A DNA stretch of 59,490 nt, counting the filler, from Sphacelaria rigidula (taxonomy: Eukaryota): the NCBI GenBank assembly GCA_964200075.2. It is 8 parts of 8 records of this genome, joined end to end, with 100 filler letters (N's around TTAATTAATTAA, not from the genome) between each part and the next. Parts side by side here need not be neighbours in the genome. Positions count along the whole stretch, not along the records: positions 44,695 to 52,042 come from CAXNAA020015309.1; positions 52,143 to 59,490 come from CAXNAA020015310.1; 6 more parts are not named here. One strand, given 5' to 3'. Positions 51,473 through 59,490 of the stretch are shown in pieces. Each line of letters starts with the position of its first letter. The first letter of the stretch is position 1. Made by a program: the position numbers and the translations under genes. The notes beneath the pieces are model-generated. The model did no database searches, was not told where the DNA came from, and saw only the letters and a list, made by a program, of their open reading frames with translations.

Positions 51473-52302
51473 CGGTGTTTCTCGTGGCAGCGCAGGGCGT
51501 GCCTGCCCGCACCAGCTGCTGGAGCAGCTTTGCACGGGGTTTGACAAACGGATAATGAGTGCTGACGCCGTAACCTGCGGCGATGGTAACATTTGATGCT
51601 GCGCCGCGCTGCCACATGTATCACTATTATAACAAACGGTACTGTACTCTCCTCGTCTGTTGTCGCTGTCCTTGAGGGGTGGTGTACGGCACTGCACTAC
51701 TGAATTCTTCTCGCGCACTGATTGTTCACTTTTCTCGCAATAACGACTGTGCCGTCATCATGCACTATACCACACGGCATGATTGTGTACTGTATTAAAT
51801 GGAGTGTCATGCATTGTATTCCCCTAGGGAACCAAGGTACGGCACTGTACTCGAAGGGTTATTCACTGCCTACCTGCTCTTCGGCTTTGCAATACCACAC
51901 TCGTGCAGAAGATGGCCGTCTGTGTACAGAACTTCGTCACAAATCTATGATACCGTCTGTACCATGACACGGTCCCCCAACCCCGCCCCCCCCCGCTCCA
52001 GGTGCAGGCCCCAAGGGGGTCTTATCGGCAACGGAGACGAGGNNNNNNNNNNNNNNNNNNNNNNNNNNNNNNNNNNNNNNNNNNNNTTAATTAATTAANN
52101 NNNNNNNNNNNNNNNNNNNNNNNNNNNNNNNNNNNNNNNNNNTTCTGGAAAAGTGCGGAGGTAGGGTGGGGGGGGGGGGGGGGGAGCTGGCGGGGGGGAA
52201 GCTGTCGAGGCGATTCAACTTGCTATTCCTTTTTCAAGGTGTTTCCAACCAAATACGGAGTCAGGTCTTGAAAGCACGCATTTCGGACGGCCTGCACAAT
52301 AC

Positions 52303-55300
52303 CTCGTCGGGGTCTGTGCCGTACAGGTTGTTTTGCATGTTGGCGATCAGCACGCCTTCTACGGGGAATAGAGACCCGGCCATCTGCACTCAACAACGGG
52401 GGGAAAAAAAAACGGGGGAAACACACGCACGGGAAAACAGGCAGGCAGGCAGACGGACAGACATATCCAGAAGCACACATTGAAAGCTGACAGTGAGTTT
52501 GGGCGCCAGGGTGGGAAACCGTGGTGTTTATTCATCGTATAATCTTGAGAAACACCAGCTTCATCCGCACCCCCAACTGCGGGCTGGTGATGCAAACCCT
52601 AGATTGATTTTGATTGATCGATTGATTGATTGATTGATTAAAACCCTAGATCATTTGCTATCGTCTTTACCACACTTTCACTCAGTATTGGATGTGGGTA
52701 GGCTGGTGGGCACACAAGAATCGACAATTTTCGAAATCCGAAGATACTGAAGGGCGTCTGGGTGCTTCGCACGTATCCTCTGTACTCTCCCGACTACTCC
52801 TGCCATCGAACATCTTGCCGCAGTGAGAGGTACCGTGTGCTGGACTCACGATTGCGCCCAACACACCAAGGATAAGATAGCCCGTCTCCGGCTTGTTCAG
52901 GGCCCACATTCGAGAGGATGGCGGTAGGGGGTACTCAGGCTGCAAGTGCAGCCCGAACCGGAGCAACAAGAACAACGACAACGACAGCAGCAGCGGCAAC
53001 AACAACAACAACGTACACCGGCGCCGCAGGAGAAACGAAGGGTAGGGTGTCAGGAGCGATAGCCCGGGCATCGTTAAGTACACACGGACATCAATGGTAC
53101 CCATTACTGCTACAGATCGCGCAGTTTTACAACCACGATTACGACTACTACCACCAACACTCCAGTACTACTTTCTGGAATGCCCTTCCCTTCCGTCTGT
53201 CCAACCTGCTCGTTCTTCTCCTTATCGTCGTCTTTTCCCTCCTCGCCGTCCTTCTGCTTGTTCTTCATTACCACGGCCGTGAATGACCTCGAACGTGACT
53301 TCTGGCGCTGCATAGAAGCCGACGACTCCCGCCACTCCCTGCTGTCACCCTCGTCCTCACCCCCCTCGCCCGCCGCCTTTTTGGCATCAATCAGCCCCTG
53401 AATTCGATATTTCGAGGACGGATCGTACACAGTGTACAGTGAATACAGGCCGGGAGTGAAACTATCCCTTCAGTTCATGAATTAGTTCATCTACCCAGCC
53501 GACCACAAGCCATACTCGCGGGAAGGGGGAGTCTCCGTCACCACAAATAGAACACGGCGCGTGGAAGGTTCATCAACAAGTACCAGAGGCACCAACGACA
53601 AGGACACGAAGGGTGAACGACGACGCCAATCCGAAGGCCAGCTCATAAATTGACGACTGTTGCAAAAAGCAGATACACCCTACATTTTACAAAACAGACA
53701 GCGGGGCGGGGGAGTTTCCCGTGAGAGGTTTCGCCACACTTGCCACATTTGTGCCCATACCCCGGAAGTGCATACGTTTTTGTCCCCGCCTCATATTTTA
53801 TCGTTGGTTATCATCTTCTGCCCATCACATGGACATGCATGAATGACTGTTGTTGTTCTTGTGCAAGTACACAATACTCATGGAACATGACTTTGATTGT
53901 CTTCCATATCCGCGAAACAGAAAAATCCATCCCTACAGACCAAGTCTGGGTTTTGTGTTCCGTGTGTTGTGTGTATTTCCCCGCCTTGCTTTCTGTTCTC
54001 GCGTTATTGAGTACATTTTCTTGCCCGCTCTTGCGTGGTGTTTGTGTGTGAGTAAGGTGTGCTGAAATATCACAATTTAAAATACATCGTAGTGTTGACG
54101 GTAAACTATCTTCCCTAATGACTATTCCTTTTCTCGTGCGTAGCCATCAGCGAGCTCACCGCCTCGGACCCCAATGTACTGATGCTAACCGAAATTGGGA
54201 AAAGCACGCAAATATTCCAAGGGTCGGACGAATGAGTGATTCGTCTGGAAATCACTTGATTTCAGTGTGTTCGATTCGTACCATACGAATCAATCCTTCG
54301 ACCTTGTTTTCAGCGTTGCGGTCCAGGCACGCGCAGTCTAGGCAAGTGGAATAAAGCCCAAAAATTGCGTCGACACCTTTTCAACCAGCGGTCAACTTTC
54401 TTCTCGCTGTTGAGCAATCAGGCCTGAAAAATCGGGTATTTGGTGATTTGGACCGGCGATGATCGGTCCGAACCGTTAAATATTCAAACTTTTTTTATAT
54501 CTCGCGACGCCACGTGTTTTCAACGTGCCCGTGTTTGCCAGGGTCGGGCAGGTTCTCAATGGATTAATTCCCCACAGATTTGAGCAAGGTTACGCACAAC
54601 ATGCTCAGCTGATGAGCAACTACGGCTCGAGCTGTGTTTGTCAAGTGTCCTATTTACGGGCAGTGCGATCCTCGCATTCACATTGAAATGTGCTGGGTTG
54701 TATACCAAGCCTTCGTGTCAACGGGACACTCATGTTCCTACTCGAGGCGTCACAATATCAATTTTGCAACGGTTAAATCAGGAACGTGTTTTCCACTTCC
54801 TGAAACAATCCTAGAAAAAGATATTTGGGGGGCACTGTTGTGGGTAGGTGATGTCGCAGCGACCAGTCGCCGGCCGTTTTTTTCCCGAAGAGTGATCCTT
54901 CGAAAAGTGATCATCTCCGATTAACCCTTACACCGCGGTGCGGGCAGTCCATCTAGATCACTCACAAGTGTTTCGAAGTGAAAATTGATGCCGATTCAGC
55001 AGGTGACCTACCCTCGCGGTCTAAAAGTCAAGAACCCGCCTCAGTTGGCATCAATACGTTGGGGTCCGGGACGACGGGTCCACCAATAGCTACGAAACGA
55101 GTAACCCGGAATTGATTGATAAACATGCGTATCCGGATACATTACATGCTAACCATTTTTTGTACCTCGTATACGTCACCGCACACACACATACACTACT
55201 GTACCTGCGTGGCGGAAAGCGACGTGTACACGCCATTTCTCGCCAGCAGCTCCGAGTGCGTCCCGACCTCCGCGATGCCCTTGTCTGCGATCACCGCAAT

Positions 55301-58211
55301 GCGGTCGGCGTCTTGGATGGTCGATAGACGGTGGGCAATCACCACCGTCGTCCGACGGCTCACTTTCCTCAGACGGTCAAGGGCTTTCTGCACCACCTGC
55401 GAGAATCGACGCAATAAGGAAAGTTCAAGACCTGTAGGCGCGAGTTCATCGTCCAAAACTCACGGCCGTGACATCTAGTTCATATTGAACAATAACCCCG
55501 ACCCTGACCTCTGATCGCAACCTCAACCCAAATCCTTTCACAGGACCAACTACACGCTGGTTCAGGGTGGATACCTGAAATTTATTCTCCACCAGACACA
55601 GAATCCAACACTGATGATCCTATGGAAACATATTCGGCATCATAGTGACCCCCACGAGCAGACGAACTGTAGGACACGGGCGGATTGTTTTGCCTTTGCT
55701 TTCCTTTGCTTTGGCGCCAGCAGTAAAAATGTTTTCAGGTCAATCAGAGGGCCTTCAAAATGTTTTGAAAATAGAAATTTGAATTCCCGACACGAACATA
55801 CCCAATCTCATCATGAATTAAACCTCTGTCACTGCCATCAGGTAGGGAACGTAACACAGAAAAAAAAAATTGAGAACGGTCTGTATGCGATCGAGTTATA
55901 CCCCAGACCGTGGCATTTCGTTGATGTGATATTTCGACGTCATCAGATTTCCAGAAGGCCTCGTGACGATTTCCATCATACCTCCCGTAAAAAAGGTCAG
56001 CACATCCTCAAAATTGGCCGTTTGGTAAATATGGGTGTTTCAAATGGAAAGAAAAAGCAAAAAGCGTTGAGGAATAATACCTCATTCCCAGACGCTTTTC
56101 CAACTATCCCACGGCACACGTGTGCGAAATTTCAGGGTCTACATCTGAAAACCCATCGGAAACACCGTGCGGAAATAAATAACTTTGGGTCTTCATCCTG
56201 AACCAGCCTGTAAGGGGTACGTGAATACGGAAGTATGATGCACAAAGTATTGAACACGCTAGGGTATAATGCACACACGTACCACCCCCCACCTTCTCGC
56301 TCTCGCTGTCAAGGGCCGAGGTAGCCTCGTCGAGCAGGAGGATGGCGGGGTCCTTGATGATAGCGCGGGCGATGGCGATTCTCTGTTCGGGTGTGAAGCG
56401 AGAAAAAAAAAAAAACACGAAAAAACGAAAACATCACATCACGTCAATCCGCAGGGATAAACCGTGAACGGAGAAAAAGCCATCATTTGAAATTGTCCAG
56501 AGCTGTGTTTTGAAGAGTGTACCTCGATGTGGGGGATTCGCGGTTGGCACTCTATTGATAAACCGAACCGAAATGTGTACCGAACATTATGGTAAGCTTC
56601 GGCAGTGTGTCAAGCCCTGCTACGGACACACCAGCATGATCCGAGACAGTATTTGCCGGGAAAATACCTCGATTATACTTTAGCAAATACCCTATAATAA
56701 TTTCAGCCGGTATACCCTACAGAACACAACCGCCTACTTTGTCACGTCCGAGACGAGACGATGCTTGGACACTTTCTACGATAGCTCCCCAACAACACCA
56801 GCCCAAAACTGTCGCGAAGTGAATGGTCATACAGCGCCTGATGTTCGGTTTCAGGCTGTGCATGAAGCGCTTCATATGGACGACACTGGCAAAAACGAAC
56901 CCAAGCGTGAGAATTCGCAGTTGCTCGTTGTGCTCGGCTTTTTTTTTCTTCATTTCGATCCACGTGTAGATTTTTTGCATCCTAGAACCAGCCACGTTTT
57001 GGGGGGAAGCTATCGTAGAAAGTGTCTTTGATGCGCTATTGATTGACCCCATCGTGCATTCTAAATGTATATCACGCTACCGACTAGTTAGCACCGATGA
57101 GTGATCCTACAAGGCTAACGGTGGAGTGTGAAACGTTGGACAAAACGAACGGATTCAAAATGATGTTTCTCTTGTTGACGAGGGCAATCCGTACTTGTAC
57201 GCGGGCGTTCTCGCCGGCCGGTGAACAAATGCCCGTCGACAGGCAAGATCGTGACGTGTCTTATGCTTATACTGACAGCAATCAAGTGAGGTCAGTGGTC
57301 TGCGCGCGCCACCTCGCTTGTGGCTCGCTTGTGCAAGATTTACTTCGGGCCCGGATAATGTTTCATCACCACCCACGGCGAGCAAGGAAAAATAAGAGAA
57401 GCGAATACACAATGCCGGTCTGGCACGTTGTAACGAACCAACAGTACTTACTCACCTGCTTCTGCCCGCCGGAGAGCTGCAGGCCGCCGGTGCCCACATT
57501 GGTGGCGTAACTTTGGGGGAAAGCCTTGATGAACTGCAGGATCGTTGCGACACAAGGCCGGGAAGGGAAAATGTGACGATGTGTTTTCGTTGTGTAAAAC
57601 AAAAAATCGTCGCCCGCCTCGTTCGCTCAGACTTCAGTCTCGCAATGAACCGACACATTTGTATCCTTCGCTTCCTAGGGAAGCGAGAAAAATAATCCTC
57701 AAGCCCCACCAGCGACATCAATCACCGCAACAGCCTACTTGATATTCTCGCAGACTTGCAGTAAACGGACAACGGACAACGAGGTCAGCTACCATGCATG
57801 AGAAATAAGGCATTGAGCCTCCACCCTCCACCGATTGGGTTGTGCTCAAGAGTTACCAGAGTGACGCGAGGCGAACGGCCTAGCCACGACCTAAATCACT
57901 ACCGCACGTCAACCAAGAGTGCCGGAGAGCAGTGTTGCGTCCTGGATAGTACGACACCGGTCATGCGGGGCAACGGGTGTAGGTAACATGCACATGTGAT
58001 GGGACATGGGGGTACCTGAGAATGGCAAATAGAATGCGGGAACAGGGAAATAACAGATGGGAGGGGGGGGGGGGGGGGAATGCAAACGAAAGCGGTTACT
58101 GACATCGTGAGCGTTGGCGGCCTTCGTGGCGGCGATGACCTCCTCGTCGGTTGCGCCAGGCTTGCCCTCGGCAACATTGTCCCTGATCGAGCCCGCAAAC
58201 AGCACTGGTTC
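52303..58211 (-). CDS. ABCB/MDR (P-glycoprotein-like) full transporter, partial. Exons 58104-58211, 57456-57533, 56293-56382, 55205-55396, 53206-53397, 52850-52939, 52303-52383
   Basis: GT-AG exons splice in frame: [19 protein letters not shown] / FIKAFP..LSGGQKQ / [30 protein letters not shown] / [15 protein letters not shown] / acidic linker / [21 protein letters not shown] / [14 protein letters not shown].. (NBD1, linker, start of TMD2). Confidence 0.95.
52594..52651. repeat. (GATT)n tract flanked by the 11-bp direct repeat AAACCCTAGAT
   Basis: Repeat at 52594-52604 and 52641-52651. Confidence 0.8.
56767..57027. mobile_element. Intronic GACACTTTC-family MITE
   Basis: ggacactttctacgatagct...agctatcgtagaaagtgtct; flanks TT/TT. 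Confidence 0.88.
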
Positions 58212-58419
58212 CTGTCGTCCGTCCGTCCATTCGTACATGCAACCGTTATCATGAAATAAGCGCGCAGTAGGGAAAATAGAAAACAAAAGTAGTGCAAAAA
58301 CATTTCGCGAAGGATGCTTAGGGTAAGTGGCTATTATAGGTGAAGAAGTAAACCATGGCTGGAAGATATACAGACAACCCGTTAATTCGAGAGTTTGTTG
58401 GCGCAAAAGGGAGACTACC

Positions 58420-59065
58420 GTCCATGTGCGAGCCCATCGCACAGATCGGAGCGATCGCACCTCTGGGCGATAAAACCATAATTACCCTGGACAAAAGAAT
58501 ACACAGTCAAAAAGTGTACTACGTACAGTATCGACTATTGCGCCTATTGCAACAGACAATAGATTCCATACTGTACGCAGTACATTTTTTTACAATAGAA
58601 TCAATTGTCCAGGGTGTGGACAAAACACAAATCCGGAATGATTTTGTTCGCTTTTCGCACAGGGGTGCGATGACTCCGACCCCTGTGCGATGGGTCCAAC
58701 CCAGATCCCACGTTCGGGGGGTGAAGTTGCGTGTTGTCGCGTGTGGCCCCGGGGTACATTCCCATTCAGTATCACACATATCGGAGCTATCGCACAGGAG
58801 TGACGTTAAAATACCATTGACGTCGGTGGTGTGATCTAGTCGGAGTTACCGCACATAGGGAAGGTTCAAACACCAGTATCGCTAGCGGTGTGGTTCGTTT
58901 GTAACCGCACAGGTCGACGTTATCGCACAGGGGTGTGCGTCAGAGCGGCAAGCCAGATCATTGATTTCGATTTTCGCAAAAAGGTCGGAGTAATCACACA
59001 GGGGTGCGATGACAAGCAAGCTAGAGACAATCTCAATAAGCGATCCGCCGCACACTGTGCGCATG
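58420..59065. repeat. Element with repeated tcgcacag/gtgcga motifs and a nested ACCCTGGACAA...TTGTCCAGGGT hairpin (~58484-58615)
   Basis: Motif recurrence and inverted ends are directly visible. Confidence 0.6.
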
Positions 59066-59490
59066 ACTCACACTTTTCCGGTAAGGCAGACGGCTAACAG
59101 CCAAGGAGACACGCATCATACAACAGTCCTTCAAGAACAACTGGAGCCCGAATTCGTGATGAACAACGAAGTAAGTACACTTGCGCGGAGCACAACACGC
59201 AAAAACCGGGGGGAAAAAGAAAAACTGATATCGGACAGATGTGGGTTTTATCGACTAGACGCGGTGGCATTTTGTGCACCGCCGGTCACGAGTGCCACCT
59301 GCGGGTGATGATTTTCCGGAAACCTTTGGCATCATATCGATATCTACAGTGCCGACATGGAGGTTCATAGTACGTCGCCCCCGCTCACACTGAAATCCCA
59401 GCACCAGGCCTCAAGTGCTCCGTCTCGAAAGGGATGTGTGGTCAACGGTCAAAGGACCAAGGCAAGCAACAAATGAGTACGCCCCCCCCC

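Noticed and set aside
55925..55955. Hammerhead ribozyme core CTGATGA-cgtc-GAAA on the minus strand; similar cores near 16331, 33085-33112 and 55612
   Set aside because: Stems I and III cannot be formed, so these are probably chance matches
37246..59490. PNPase-like and ABCB genes as a convergent neighbouring pair
   Set aside because: They lie on different contigs separated by artificial linkers

Overview
This is eukaryotic, transposon-rich DNA. It is most likely from a brown alga (Phaeophyceae); that is an inference from the intron-rich gene structure and the retroelement types. The window is not one locus. It is eight contigs of 7349 bp (six) or 7348 bp (two), joined by identical 100-bp N44-TTAATTAATTAA-N44 linkers, so adjacency across linkers means nothing. 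Host genes: seven minus-strand exons of a full-size ABCB/P-glycoprotein transporter (52303-58211) and a terminal S1-domain exon resembling PNPase (37388-37591). The rest is mobile DNA: a two-LTR non-autonomous Ty1/copia element (15547-20950), two more decayed copia remnants (one internally inverted), two Ty3/gypsy remnants, a LINE RT fragment, a tRNA-derived SINE family, many MITE/foldback families with readable TIRs and TSDs (hAT-, piggyBac-, Sola-, pogo-like and unassigned), and tandem repeats. I found no CRISPR array, rRNA or intact tRNA gene, and no clear new enzymatic system. The most interesting signals concern TE biology.
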